IMG/VR virus record: IMGVR_UViG_3300035211_000053
Span: 2,481-66,480 of that record
Strand: one strand, 5' to 3'
Origin: a virus
Length of the DNA stretch: 64,000 nt
Positions within the stretch are counted from its first letter, which is position 1. Each line of letters opens with the position of its first letter. A program made the position numbers and the translations under genes. The notes under the pieces are model-generated. The model saw only the letters and a program-made list of their open reading frames with translations, made no database searches and was not told the origin of the DNA. Shown here in pieces: positions 54,046 to 62,447 of the stretch.

Positions 54046-54449
54046 CACCTGACCCTCACCTCTTCCACCTCGAGCCCAACAGCCCGGAGTTTTCTGGCGC
54101 AATCGTGGGTGCCGCGGCTCTGTGAATCCGGGAAGGCAAAGCCCTTGCCATTCAGGCCTTCCTGAAGCAGCGCCTTTGCAGAGCCTGCCATGCTGGAGTT
54201 GCGGACCGGGCCCGCGCGCTTGCCTAACAGATCCCAAATAGCGTGGTGGACGTCGATGCAGACCCCTTCCTCATCGGCCAACTCTCTCGCGGCCCTATCG
54301 ACTCCGGTGCGACAATCGCCCACGATGAGCAGCCCACCAGCCTTCACCTGTTGTAGAGCAGGACGGATGAGATCACGAAGCTCTGGTTGCCAACCCAGCG
54401 ACGACCCTCGCCGCGTCCCCGTGATGACGATGAAGTCGAGATCATGCAT
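54045..54449 (-). CDS. SLOG-family protein (DUF2493/YspA-like)
   Basis: VITGTR, VGDCRTGVD, W..LGKRAGPVRNSSM, AFP...SRGT. Confidence 0.85.
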   Translation of the reverse strand: MHDLDFIVITGTRRGSSLGWQPELRDLIRPALQQVKAGGLLIVGDCRTGVDRAARELADEEGVCIDVHHAIWDLLGKRAGPVRNSSMAGSAKALLQEGLNGKGFAFPDSQSRGTHDCARKLRAVGLEVEEVRVR

Positions 54450-54458
54450 GGTCTTTCC

Positions 54459-54596
54459 TTAGAACATCTGTTTGGGGTTCCCGGGTACCCTGTGCCCCGC
54501 CGGTGTTCTCCACTTCTGCCCCCATTCTGGATGTTGCCAAGAAACCACTGAGCACTGACGGAGGCCAAGCTTGTGCCTGATCTGATTCAAAGTCAC
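54459..54596 (-). CDS. Small hypothetical protein (45 aa)
   Basis: GTGA-coupled MTLNQIRHKLG... Confidence 0.35.
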   Translation of the reverse strand: MTLNQIRHKLGLRQCSVVSWQHPEWGQKWRTPAGHRVPGNPKQMF

Positions 54597-54766
54597 CTGC
54601 GGAGCACAACGCGCCCATTGTCTCCCGTGGCGTTCCTGTAGACATCGCAATCGATGGCCTTCCGCCGTTCTCCGCCCTGGGTTTCCACTGTAACATCAGC
54701 AACGATCGAATCCTCTTCCGTGACCTCACCCTTACGCTTTCCGTGGACTTCTACTCGGATCGACAT
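54593..54766 (-). CDS. Small hypothetical protein (57 aa)
   Basis: GAGGAG upstream; MSIRVEVHGKRKGEVTEEDSIVADV... Confidence 0.55.
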   Translation of the reverse strand: MSIRVEVHGKRKGEVTEEDSIVADVTVETQGGERRKAIDCDVYRNATGDNGRVVLRR

Positions 54767-54787
54767 GGTATTCAGTGCTCCTCGGTT

Positions 54788-54997
54788 TTAGAGTAACTGC
54801 CTCCGTTTGTTCTTCGGTTCCACCACCTCGTACCCGTGCAACCTGGCCTCCGCCTCCGCACGATCGCGGGTCGGGAAGCCGAGGCAGAGGACGGGGTGGT
54901 CGTTCTCGGTGAGAGGCCGGCCCGGTCCCTGGCTCCGTGGAAGTAGCCAGCAGAGCCACCACTGTCTGTGCTTTCTGGCGATGACAGTGCGGGTCAC
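54788..54997 (-). CDS. Hypothetical protein
   Basis: AGGAGG RBS and GTGA coupling (VTRTVIARK...). Confidence 0.55.
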   Translation of the reverse strand: MTRTVIARKHRQWWLCWLLPRSQGPGRPLTENDHPVLCLGFPTRDRAEAEARLHGYEVVEPKNKRRQLL

Positions 54998-55149
54998 AGT
55001 TCGTGCCTCCTGTCCCACCTCTCCTCGGTGGTTTCAGCGTAGTCCTCAAGCGAGTCCGTCCGCTCGATGAGACGCGACAGCCTGAATGACTGCCACGCTG
55101 TCCAGATGAGCGACACCAGCGCCAGGCCCGCACAAACCCAACTACCCAT
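54994..55149 (-). CDS. Small membrane-anchored protein (51 aa)
   Basis: GGAGG RBS; MGSWVCAGLALVSLIWTAW... Confidence 0.55.
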   Translation of the reverse strand: MGSWVCAGLALVSLIWTAWQSFRLSRLIERTDSLEDYAETTEERWDRRHEL

Positions 55150-55321
55150 GGCTACCTCCACGAACGACGTGTTCCTCCAGCCACTCGTGTACGGCGACTA
55201 TGCAGTGGAGCCACACAGACTCCAACTCGTACTGGACTGCCGTGCCCTTCTCATTGGCACGAGCCGCCGCATGCTGCTTGAGTCTCGCAGCGGTATCGGT
55301 GTCAAAGGTGAGCGCTCTCAC
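55142..55321 (-). CDS. Small hypothetical protein (59 aa)
   Basis: GTGA-coupled MRALTFDTDTAARLK... Confidence 0.55.
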   Translation of the reverse strand: MRALTFDTDTAARLKQHAAARANEKGTAVQYELESVWLHCIVAVHEWLEEHVVRGGSHG

Positions 55322-56307
55322 CGTCCCACCTGTACATCAGGATATTCCCTCGTCCTGAGGTCCTCAGGCCACTCGGACATGACGGCACCCTTCGAGTCGG
55401 AGATCGGATAACGTTCTGCGGCCACCGTCATTTGACGTTGTCCGTGATGTGTACGAAAACGCGCCATCAACACACCTGGGATCACCGGACAAGCTCCAAG
55501 TTGTTTAACGTGTACCGGTGTCCCCGCCGCTTGACATTGCTTGACCACCGACTGGATCCAGCCAATGCTACAGTGGCGCGCGCCGGGACCCGACTCGCCG
55601 CCCACCACCACCCAGTCCACCCCCCTTACGTGCAGGTGGTGGTCATTGTACTCCGGGAGGCAGCACGACAGATCGACTGGCCCCAACAACGGCTCCAGTG
55701 ACACCCACCGCACCGCAGCCGGGACTTGTGCGAGGTACGCCCACCGCTTCTCCAGCGCATCCTGGTTCTCGGCGCTGACCCCGACCATCACGTTGGGGAG
55801 GGGCCAGGAGATCTTCTGCGCATCGAGCACACCTTTGACCCCTATCCGGAAGGCGGACCCTAGGACTCTTTCAGAGATACTGCATGCCGGTTCTGTTTCA
55901 GCCCGTATCCACCGGTAGAACTCCACCATCCGCTCCGGCCGCTTCGTCAGAATGAGGAACTGATGCTGCGGACACGCGGCAGCCACACCGTGAACAGCCG
56001 CAATGAACTCGAATGGCACCTTGGGATGGTACAAATCTGACATCGAGTTAACAAAGATCCGCCGAGGCTTGCGCCAGCGCAGCGGCTGCCCAAGACGATC
56101 CGAGCGCAGCTGCACTTGTCCTGACCAGTCCACGCGGCCATTGCGGACCGTCGTGAGGCCCTCGAATATATCTCCCGGATGGTCGAATCGGTGGGCGAAC
56201 CGCGCCGCGTAGCAGTTCCAGCATCCGCTCTCTGGCCCGCCTACACGACTGCAGCCGGCGACAGGATTCCATACGGTAGAGCACCAGCTGATGGTTGTCT
56301 CAGCCAC
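55318..56307 (-). CDS. DUF5131 / phage Gp37-Gp68 family protein
   Basis: ISWCSTVWNPVAGC..GCWNCYA, IFVNSMSDL, LTKRPERM, SLEPLL, WVVVGGESG, HVKQLG. Confidence 0.92.
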   Translation of the reverse strand: MAETTISWCSTVWNPVAGCSRVGGPESGCWNCYAARFAHRFDHPGDIFEGLTTVRNGRVDWSGQVQLRSDRLGQPLRWRKPRRIFVNSMSDLYHPKVPFEFIAAVHGVAAACPQHQFLILTKRPERMVEFYRWIRAETEPACSISERVLGSAFRIGVKGVLDAQKISWPLPNVMVGVSAENQDALEKRWAYLAQVPAAVRWVSLEPLLGPVDLSCCLPEYNDHHLHVRGVDWVVVGGESGPGARHCSIGWIQSVVKQCQAAGTPVHVKQLGACPVIPGVLMARFRTHHGQRQMTVAAERYPISDSKGAVMSEWPEDLRTREYPDVQVGR

Positions 56308-57190
56308 CGTCAGTCTCCTTCGGCTCAGGAAACAGACGCTTGCCCTCCCCGTTACCCCATGCAGCATCGGCTTGTCTTCTCAGCGCGATGAGCTCAATTC
56401 GGCGCACGAGACCGGGATCCACATTAGCTTTCGCGTAGCACGTTTGTCGCCGCGCCTCGTCACGCTCGTCTAGAGCAGCGCGGTGCTTGACTGCCAGTTC
56501 GCCGCGTTCTCGAATCGCATCGTCTGAGTTCTTTCGATAGGCACCAAGTTTCACGCCAGCGTCGTACGGTGTAAGTGCCTCGGTCATGCGTTGCCAGTGT
56601 GCCACGCACTTCTCTAGTTCATCGACGCGGGCCAGCGCGGCATCCCGCTCAGCCAACCCTCGCTCTGCCCGCTCAACGCGCGCATAAAGCTCGACGACGA
56701 TTCGATAGTCCTTGGATTCACCGTATCGTCTGTCCCGCTCGGCAATGTCGGCCAGTGCAGCATCACGCTCACGTCGGACGGCATCTGCGTCGGCACCGCC
56801 CTCCAGGCTCTTGCGCGCCGCAGCGATCAGCTGCCGTCGAATGCTCCGGCCCCCTGGTGTCAGACTGTCCTCGGGCACGTCTACCAGCTGGCTCCATTGG
56901 AATTCAACGTCATCGGCCATCTCACGGCGCAAGCTCTCGTTCTCGGCCTCGAGCTTGCAGATGCGCTCCTCGGCTGCGATCCTTCTGTCGATTGCGTCAT
57001 GCAAGTCGGAGACTATCGGGCCGGCGGCATCCTCCATTGCAGCGATGCGCTCTTCGAGTTCGCGGATGATAGCTACGGCTTGTTCGGCTTTGCAGTGATC
57101 ACCGTCGGGAAAGGCCGCAACGTTGGGGGCACCAATCCCTACGATACACAGACCGTACCGCCTCAACTCGTCCGCCCTGCTCTCAGCCAT
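56300..57190 (-). CDS. Coiled-coil hypothetical protein
   Basis: AGGAG RBS; heptads; C-terminal WGNGEGKRLFPE. Confidence 0.7.
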   Translation of the reverse strand: MAESRADELRRYGLCIVGIGAPNVAAFPDGDHCKAEQAVAIIRELEERIAAMEDAAGPIVSDLHDAIDRRIAAEERICKLEAENESLRREMADDVEFQWSQLVDVPEDSLTPGGRSIRRQLIAAARKSLEGGADADAVRRERDAALADIAERDRRYGESKDYRIVVELYARVERAERGLAERDAALARVDELEKCVAHWQRMTEALTPYDAGVKLGAYRKNSDDAIRERGELAVKHRAALDERDEARRQTCYAKANVDPGLVRRIELIALRRQADAAWGNGEGKRLFPEPKETDGG

Positions 57191-57443
57191 CGTCAGTCTC
57201 CTCGTCGTCTCCGTAGTCGCTTTCGTGGCGCGCCCGCTCTTTGCGCTCAACCAGCCAATCCAGAAGTATAGCAATGGCTACGTAAGGCCACAGCAGCGTG
57301 CACCCTAACGCAACGGGCACCCGTCCCTCCTTGGGCAGACCATTGTGGATCAACCGTTTCCACTTCCACGCAACCATGCAAACGCCAATTAGCCACCAGA
57401 CCAAAAACGTTGCGTCAAAGGACAAATACCATTTGTTGCTCAT
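57183..57443 (-). CDS. Small membrane protein
   Basis: Two hydrophobic segments with LLWP, like 51260..51517. Confidence 0.65.
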   Translation of the reverse strand: MSNKWYLSFDATFLVWWLIGVCMVAWKWKRLIHNGLPKEGRVPVALGCTLLWPYVAIAILLDWLVERKERARHESDYGDDEETDDG

Positions 57444-57793
57444 TCGTCGGTCTCCTTCAGGCAGGCGGCGAGCAGCTCGGGGGGCAATGCTTTGACAGAT
57501 GCTGACAGCATTTCTATGTCGAACGTTGTGTTTGGATCGACGTCTCGGATCCAATTGACGTCGTCATCGACAAAGGCCGAGACCTTCCTGACCAGCTTCT
57601 GCAGCGGCTCCGGAATGGCGGGGCGCATGAGGGTGTCCCACGCGGCCCAAGCTGCCTCTAATGTGGGATCCCATGCAGATGATGCCCCGCAATCGCACAC
57701 GATTCTGCACCAGTTAGCATATGCGAGCGAGTTCTCGAAAACAGGAGCAGCATGTGCTCCCCCACACACCCGGCACTTCGCGTGGTCAGTCAT
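57440..57793 (-). CDS. Lar-like (restriction alleviation) Zn-finger protein
   Basis: CRVCGG...IVCDCGAS...EAAWAAWD matches the Lar CPFCG...CxxCGA...AIxxWN layout. Confidence 0.65.
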   Translation of the reverse strand: MTDHAKCRVCGGAHAAPVFENSLAYANWCRIVCDCGASSAWDPTLEAAWAAWDTLMRPAIPEPLQKLVRKVSAFVDDDVNWIRDVDPNTTFDIEMLSASVKALPPELLAACLKETDE

Positions 57794-58212
57794 TGTTGGG
57801 TCCTCCTGTTGTGCTCCGCCCGGGAGCGCCGCGGGCGGACGACCGCATCGAACAGATTCTCCAGATCGATGTCCCAATCCGCATCAGGTTCTGTGCTGAT
57901 CGGCCGCGACTCGGAGAGCTGGACCCTGTGGCAAAGCAGGCTGCGCACACCCTCCCACCATTGGTCCTGGGTTGGTTCACTACCCTTGAAGTAAGGAAGC
58001 TCCCTATTGTCGCACCACTGTCTGATCTTCTTCATGGTGACGTCGACCAGCGCGTAGTCCGTCTTTGTAGTCCCCTTGGGCGACTGCTTCTGAGCGACGA
58101 CGCGGAAGCCGAACTGCTGTCGAGATTCGCTCCACAGAACGACACCAATGGGCACCGCAAGATCCCGGAAATCGTCTAGAACGAACGAAAGAACGGCGTA
58201 CCTAGAGGACAT
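57790..58212 (-). CDS. DUF3037-like protein (orphan)
   Basis: YAVLSFVLD...VPIGVVLW N-terminus and VQLSESRPI...LENLFDAVV C-terminus; start MSSRY at 58212. Confidence 0.65.
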   Translation of the reverse strand: MSSRYAVLSFVLDDFRDLAVPIGVVLWSESRQQFGFRVVAQKQSPKGTTKTDYALVDVTMKKIRQWCDNRELPYFKGSEPTQDQWWEGVRSLLCHRVQLSESRPISTEPDADWDIDLENLFDAVVRPRRSRAEHNRRTQQ

Positions 58213-58573
58213 GACCGCCCCTCGCTGCAGTCTCCATATCGCGCCAGTCGTCCACGCGAACGATCTCCTCGGCTTCGTCGGGACCAGGCACCTCGCGGTA
58301 GTCGAAGCCGATAGCCTCGCACTCGAGCAACTGCTCCGCCAACTCGCCGGGGTACCATCCACCTGGGCAGTACCAGGAGCGGATACGCGCGCAGGGCAGG
58401 CAGGTCTTGCACCGCTCAACTTCCCCATCGTAGCCACAGGTGTCGACGCGGTACCGGGTGCCAGGTCGGATGATTTCGTGGCACTCACAGCATTCGTGGG
58501 GTTTGCGCGCCACCCGTTCCTCAACGCAACTGAAGTCACACTGCTCTTCGCAGTCGCAGGCGATGATGGTCAT
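58202..58573 (-). CDS. Zn-finger hypothetical protein
   Basis: ARKPHECCECHEIIRPGTRY...KTCLPC, a common phage motif. Confidence 0.75.
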   Translation of the reverse strand: MTIIACDCEEQCDFSCVEERVARKPHECCECHEIIRPGTRYRVDTCGYDGEVERCKTCLPCARIRSWYCPGGWYPGELAEQLLECEAIGFDYREVPGPDEAEEIVRVDDWRDMETAARGGHVL

Positions 58574-58803
58574 CAGCATCTCCTCAGGGTCTTCGTGGAC
58601 CCGTCAGGCTTCTGGAAAACCACAGTCCCCCCAGCCTCCCAGTGCTTGCGGCAAGCTTTCAGCACACCGCGGGCGACGGCGTCGTCGGCGCGCTCAGGCC
58701 CCCCGATGTCGCGCCATAATAGTCGCACCAGATACCACACGAGGTAGCAGCCCGCACCAAGCCCGAGCAGTCGCCAAGCCCAGCAGTAGATCTCAAGGTA
58801 CAT
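58573..58803 (-). CDS. Small membrane-anchored protein
   Basis: N-terminal TM segment; coupled. Confidence 0.6.
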   Translation of the reverse strand: MYLEIYCWAWRLLGLGAGCYLVWYLVRLLWRDIGGPERADDAVARGVLKACRKHWEAGGTVVFQKPDGSTKTLRRC

Positions 58804-58984
58804 CAGCGGCTCCTTCCGCCTCCTGGCGCTGCACGGCGACGAGCCCCAACCGTATCACCTCGAGCTCGACAGACCTACGTGCCCGGTCGACGTCGGCACC
58901 GGTCCGTGCGGCCCGCGTCTCGGCCAACTGCCGCAGCAGTTCGTCGTGGACGAACGTCAGCCGCAGCATGGGGCCGTCACTCAC
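58793..58984 (-). CDS. Hypothetical protein
   Basis: GTGA-coupled to the Cro-like gene. Confidence 0.6.
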   Translation of the reverse strand: MSDGPMLRLTFVHDELLRQLAETRAARTGADVDRARRSVELEVIRLGLVAVQRQEAEGAADVP

Positions 58985-59196
58985 CGGCCCACCTCAGGCC
59001 CGATACCGGTCAGAAGCCACACCAGACGACACCCAAGCGCTTGGGCCAACAATGCCGCCCGCTTGGTGGTGGTGTCAGCCCCCAGCTCCAGCTGCGAGAG
59101 CCATTGTCGGCTGGCCCCGAGTTGAGTTGCTACCTCTTCCTGCGTCAGGCCTAGGCGTTCTCTGCGCCGTCTGACCCGCGAACCGATTGATTCCAT
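58981..59196 (-). CDS. Cro/XRE-family HTH regulator
   Basis: IGSRVRRRRERLGLTQEEVATQLGASRQWLSQLELG...WLLTG. Confidence 0.92.
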   Translation of the reverse strand: MESIGSRVRRRRERLGLTQEEVATQLGASRQWLSQLELGADTTTKRAALLAQALGCRLVWLLTGIGPEVGR

Positions 59197-59203
59197 GACC
59201 AGG

Positions 59204-59232
59204 ACTATACCCGCCCAGAGGGAGCTGTGCAA
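59204..59232 (-). promoter_or_regulatory. Leftward sigma70-like promoter (leaderless transcript for the HTH gene)
   Basis: TTGCAC-17 nt-TATAGT; ATG lies 7 nt after the -10 box. Confidence 0.7.
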
Positions 59233-59238
59233 GTTTTC

Positions 59239-59267
59239 TTGACAAGCCACCTGGACCGATTCATACT
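59239..59267 (+). promoter_or_regulatory. Rightward sigma70-like promoter
   Basis: TTGACA-17 nt-CATACT. Confidence 0.75.
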
Positions 59268-59385
59268 CGGATCATGCACAGCTCACCCAGCGCAAATAGC
59301 CACGCCTGGGCATCGGCGATACCGCTGCGCTGGCACGCAGGTCAGGACGCGCCGGCTGTGCCGACCAACAACCACGGGGAGTACA

Positions 59386-59583
59386 ATGGCCACAGAACAA
59401 AAGTACTATGCAACATGCAACGGGGTCCGATACACGGGCCCACTGACGTTGGCAGAGGCCCAGCGTTACGTCGAAATGCGGCGACACGACAGGAAAAACC
59501 CGCGATTGACCGGCGAACGCAAAGATCATCCTGACAATCTTACCTTCGGGGCCAAACAGAATTGGGACGTGGTGCCAGCATGA
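59386..59583 (+). CDS. Hypothetical early protein
   Basis: GGGGAG RBS; MATEQKYY; ATGA-coupled to the next ORF. Confidence 0.65.
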   Translation: MATEQKYYATCNGVRYTGPLTLAEAQRYVEMRRHDRKNPRLTGERKDHPDNLTFGAKQNWDVVPA

Positions 59584-59864
59584 TTCGCGCTCAGCACATC
59601 GAGTCCGGCAACGTGCTGGAACTCTCGCCAGATACGATCTGTCTGCTCGTGCCAGTTGACCTATGTGGGGCTCGCCCCAGGGCCACAGAAATGCTCGGCT
59701 GCAGATTCTCTGCTGATGGCTCCGTTGGTACAGGCAAGGCCTGCAAGCCCACACGGCTCTCGGCCCTGCAAATCGGTGATGAGGCCTGGATCCTCAGTGA
59801 GTATGACCTGAGCTTGGCCCAGGCAAAACACGACCACGTCCGGGTGGTGGGGGTGCGGCCGTGA
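59580..59864 (+). CDS. Hypothetical early protein
   Basis: Coupled at both ends. Confidence 0.6.
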   Translation: MIRAQHIESGNVLELSPDTICLLVPVDLCGARPRATEMLGCRFSADGSVGTGKACKPTRLSALQIGDEAWILSEYDLSLAQAKHDHVRVVGVRP

Positions 59865-60076
59865 CCATCGCACAATCGGCGCATCTTGCTGCCCTTCAGC
59901 TGCTCACCGGCGGGCTGGTCGATGACTTCCCTGAACACGGCGGGGAAGTGACGACGATCGACGGCATCGACTACCCCCTGGACGCATGCCACGTCTGCGA
60001 CGGGCGCGGGATGAACTGCCCGGAGTGTGGGGGTAGCGGAAACGCCCCGATGCCCACGTACCCGGAGGAAGTCTGA
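59861..60076 (+). CDS. Small DnaJ-type Zn-finger protein
   Basis: CHVCDGRG..CPECGGSG. Confidence 0.65.
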   Translation: MTIAQSAHLAALQLLTGGLVDDFPEHGGEVTTIDGIDYPLDACHVCDGRGMNCPECGGSGNAPMPTYPEEV

Positions 60077-60345
60077 TGTCTGATGATGCCAAGCATGAGC
60101 AGGACAGGCTGGCCCTGGCTCTGCGAATTGATTTTCTAAGGGACGTGTGTGTGCGAGAATTGCGGTCTCTTAGCGACGACCTGGAACGATTAGCGCGTCG
60201 TATTGAATCTGGCTCAAGACCCAATAACCTCGGTGAGTTGCAGTCGCGACCGGGCTTCATTGACTGTAGGCTTGCTGCTCTTGGAGAACTCATGTCTGTA
60301 AACGAGGGTCGACGCCTGGACAAGGCCAGAGAGGAGGAGCTCTGA
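60076..60345 (+). CDS. Hypothetical protein
   Basis: GGAGG RBS; TGATG-coupled. Confidence 0.65.
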   Translation: MSDDAKHEQDRLALALRIDFLRDVCVRELRSLSDDLERLARRIESGSRPNNLGELQSRPGFIDCRLAALGELMSVNEGRRLDKAREEEL

Positions 60346-60542
60346 TGCCGGACAAAATACTCAAGCCTGAAGGCAACTGGAAGATCCTCTCCGCCACCTA
60401 TTGGATCAGTCCATCCAAGTATGGCCAGCGATACTGCTGCAGGTTTTGCGGGAAGCGCGCGCTGGGCCTGGGTGGCAACTCCCACAACCACTTTGCATGG
60501 TGTCGACGCCTGAACAAGGTCAGAGAGGGAAAGGTGCGCTGA
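60345..60542 (+). CDS. Small Zn-finger protein
   Basis: CRFCG...H...C; GAGGAG RBS. Confidence 0.6.
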   Translation: MPDKILKPEGNWKILSATYWISPSKYGQRYCCRFCGKRALGLGGNSHNHFAWCRRLNKVREGKVR

Positions 60543-60772
60543 TGTTCTTCGCGGCACTCAACACACCCTCCGATTCCACGCGCCTCGCCAACACGATCGC
60601 TGTGCACGGTGTCCGTGCTGCATACTGGTACCGACGTGACGAGCTTGAGTTTGTCTACGCGCTGACAGCGATGCAGCAACTTCATTGCATTGCCATCGAA
60701 ATGGCGCAAGAATCAGACGTTGCCAGCCTTCTAGGCTCGGCCCTCAATGCGCGCAGGGGGCCGTCTGGGTGA
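60542..60772 (+). CDS. Hypothetical protein
   Basis: TGATG-coupled start MFFAAL. Confidence 0.55.
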   Translation: MFFAALNTPSDSTRLANTIAVHGVRAAYWYRRDELEFVYALTAMQQLHCIAIEMAQESDVASLLGSALNARRGPSG

Positions 60773-60924
60773 ACGCTGGCGTCTTGCCGAGTGGACGCAA
60801 AACGCTCGGCCTGACCGGCTACGACCTCGGTCGTGTCCGGCAGCTGGTCGACGAGCCGTCACCCCTCCCCGGATGGTTCGTCGCCCAGCTCCTGGAGACG
60901 ACAGGAGATGACAATGGCGAATGA
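60769..60924 (+). CDS. Small hypothetical protein
   Basis: GTGA-coupled 51-aa ORF. Confidence 0.45.
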   Translation: MNAGVLPSGRKTLGLTGYDLGRVRQLVDEPSPLPGWFVAQLLETTGDDNGE

Positions 60925-61345
60925 CGCTCAATTCACAACCGATGGGATTGCGATCTCAATCAGCTGGGAGAAGCTCACCGAAACCCTGACTGACGATGCG
61001 CGCCGGGAGCTGCTTGCACACCTGGCATGTGATGCCACCATCTTCCGGTGGTGCATTGACCAGCTTGCACACGGGTTTTTCGAACCCGACGACGATACCC
61101 CCATGTCTTGGTGGAGCACAGATGGATGCACGCTGGAGAAGGCCCGCGCGCGCTTCGACGACGCATTGCCAGACGTGGCCGAGCACCGTATCCGCGACCT
61201 GAAGAGTCAGATGCGCAGCGAGTATCTCCGCGGTGTTAGGAACGCCCAGCACGTAATCGCGGACGCGATGGGGCTGAGCTGCGATTCCAAGTTGTGGTCT
61301 ACCATGTGCGACGCAACTCAGAAGCTCTCCCAGGAGTCTCGCTAG
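60914..61345 (+). CDS. Hypothetical protein
   Basis: AGGAG RBS; MANDAQF. Confidence 0.65.
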   Translation: MANDAQFTTDGIAISISWEKLTETLTDDARRELLAHLACDATIFRWCIDQLAHGFFEPDDDTPMSWWSTDGCTLEKARARFDDALPDVAEHRIRDLKSQMRSEYLRGVRNAQHVIADAMGLSCDSKLWSTMCDATQKLSQESR

Positions 61346-61356
61346 GGGAAAGGCTG

Positions 61357-61575
61357 ATGCCCCCGATCACCCACGACTACACCAAAGACGAATGGGCCGA
61401 GCTTGAGGCCGAGGCCAGAAGGCAAAAGCGCAAGCTGCGCGCATTCCTCCGCGACTCCCCGCTGGAGATCGCGCGCGCCCAGGCCCAGCTCACGAAGGCA
61501 CGGAGCTACCAACCAATCGAGCACAACCCGATCCGCAACGCGCCGACCGGGACAGGCGAGGACGGGGGACTGTAG
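61357..61575 (+). CDS. Hypothetical protein
   Basis: RBS-like GGAAAGG; TAGTG-coupled to the nuclease. Confidence 0.6.
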   Translation: MPPITHDYTKDEWAELEAEARRQKRKLRAFLRDSPLEIARAQAQLTKARSYQPIEHNPIRNAPTGTGEDGGL

Positions 61576-62447
61576 TGGCAAGAGTGCTACACTGCTCTGA
61601 GCAGGAGTACCACGCCGACCCGTGCGCCACACCATCACTCAGCTATTCAACGGCGGCTGAGCTGATCAATATGTCACCTCGGTCGGCACATTACTACCAT
61701 CCACGGCTCGGTGGTCATCGTAAGAAACAGACGGCCGGCATGAAGCTCGGGTCGCTGGCGGACGCGCTGATGCTTGGAGGAGAACACAGGATCGTCGAGT
61801 TTGCAATCGACGCCTGGCGCACGAAGGCCGACAAGGCGGAACGGGATCGGCTGCTGGTCGACCGCATGCTGCCAGCTAAGAGCCAGGAGCTCGCGGACGC
61901 CAGGGCATTGGTTGGACCTCTGCGGGAGCTGATGGCTGACTTCGGTATCGCGTTGGACGGTCAGTTCCAGGTTGCGATCGAGTGGCAGGAAGATTCCCAA
62001 CTCGGACCCGTACTATGTCGGTGCAAGCTCGACCATTTCGCAGAGCGCGACGGCATGGCCTACATCGACGACCTGAAGGCAGTCAGCGACGCACGTCCGT
62101 CAAAGGTGCATCGACAGGCCATCGCGTTCGGTTACGACATCCAGGCATCTGCCTACACGAGGGCCGTCGAGGCATGGCGTCCGGATCTTGCTGGGCGGGT
62201 GGTGTTCCGTGATCTCTACTGCCACGTCGGCGAGCCGCTGGACGTCGTCCCGGTCCGGGCTACCGGAGAGCTGCTGGAGTTCGGAACACGCCGCTGGCTC
62301 CGGGCCGTCGAGCGCTGGGCGCGATGTCTGCACACTGGCAAATGGCCAGGCATGGTGGACCGCATCATCCCGGGCGAGGTCCCGGCATATTGCCTGCAGC
62401 AAGAAGAGCAGGCTTCACTGGACGACGAAGACGAGGAATTCGAATGA
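61575..62447 (+). CDS. RecE/exonuclease VIII-like PD-(D/E)XK nuclease (DUF3799-like)
   Basis: EYHADP..LSYS, CRCKLD, IDDLK, FGYDIQASAY, CLHTGKWPG. Confidence 0.88.
   Translation: MARVLHCSEQEYHADPCATPSLSYSTAAELINMSPRSAHYYHPRLGGHRKKQTAGMKLGSLADALMLGGEHRIVEFAIDAWRTKADKAERDRLLVDRMLPAKSQELADARALVGPLRELMADFGIALDGQFQVAIEWQEDSQLGPVLCRCKLDHFAERDGMAYIDDLKAVSDARPSKVHRQAIAFGYDIQASAYTRAVEAWRPDLAGRVVFRDLYCHVGEPLDVVPVRATGELLEFGTRRWLRAVERWARCLHTGKWPGMVDRIIPGEVPAYCLQQEEQASLDDEDEEFE

Noticed and set aside
59274-59534. 86-aa leaderless ORF right after the rightward promoter
   Set aside because: Overlaps the RBS-supported 59386..59583 ORF in another frame and has no recognisable features; not listed as a CDS
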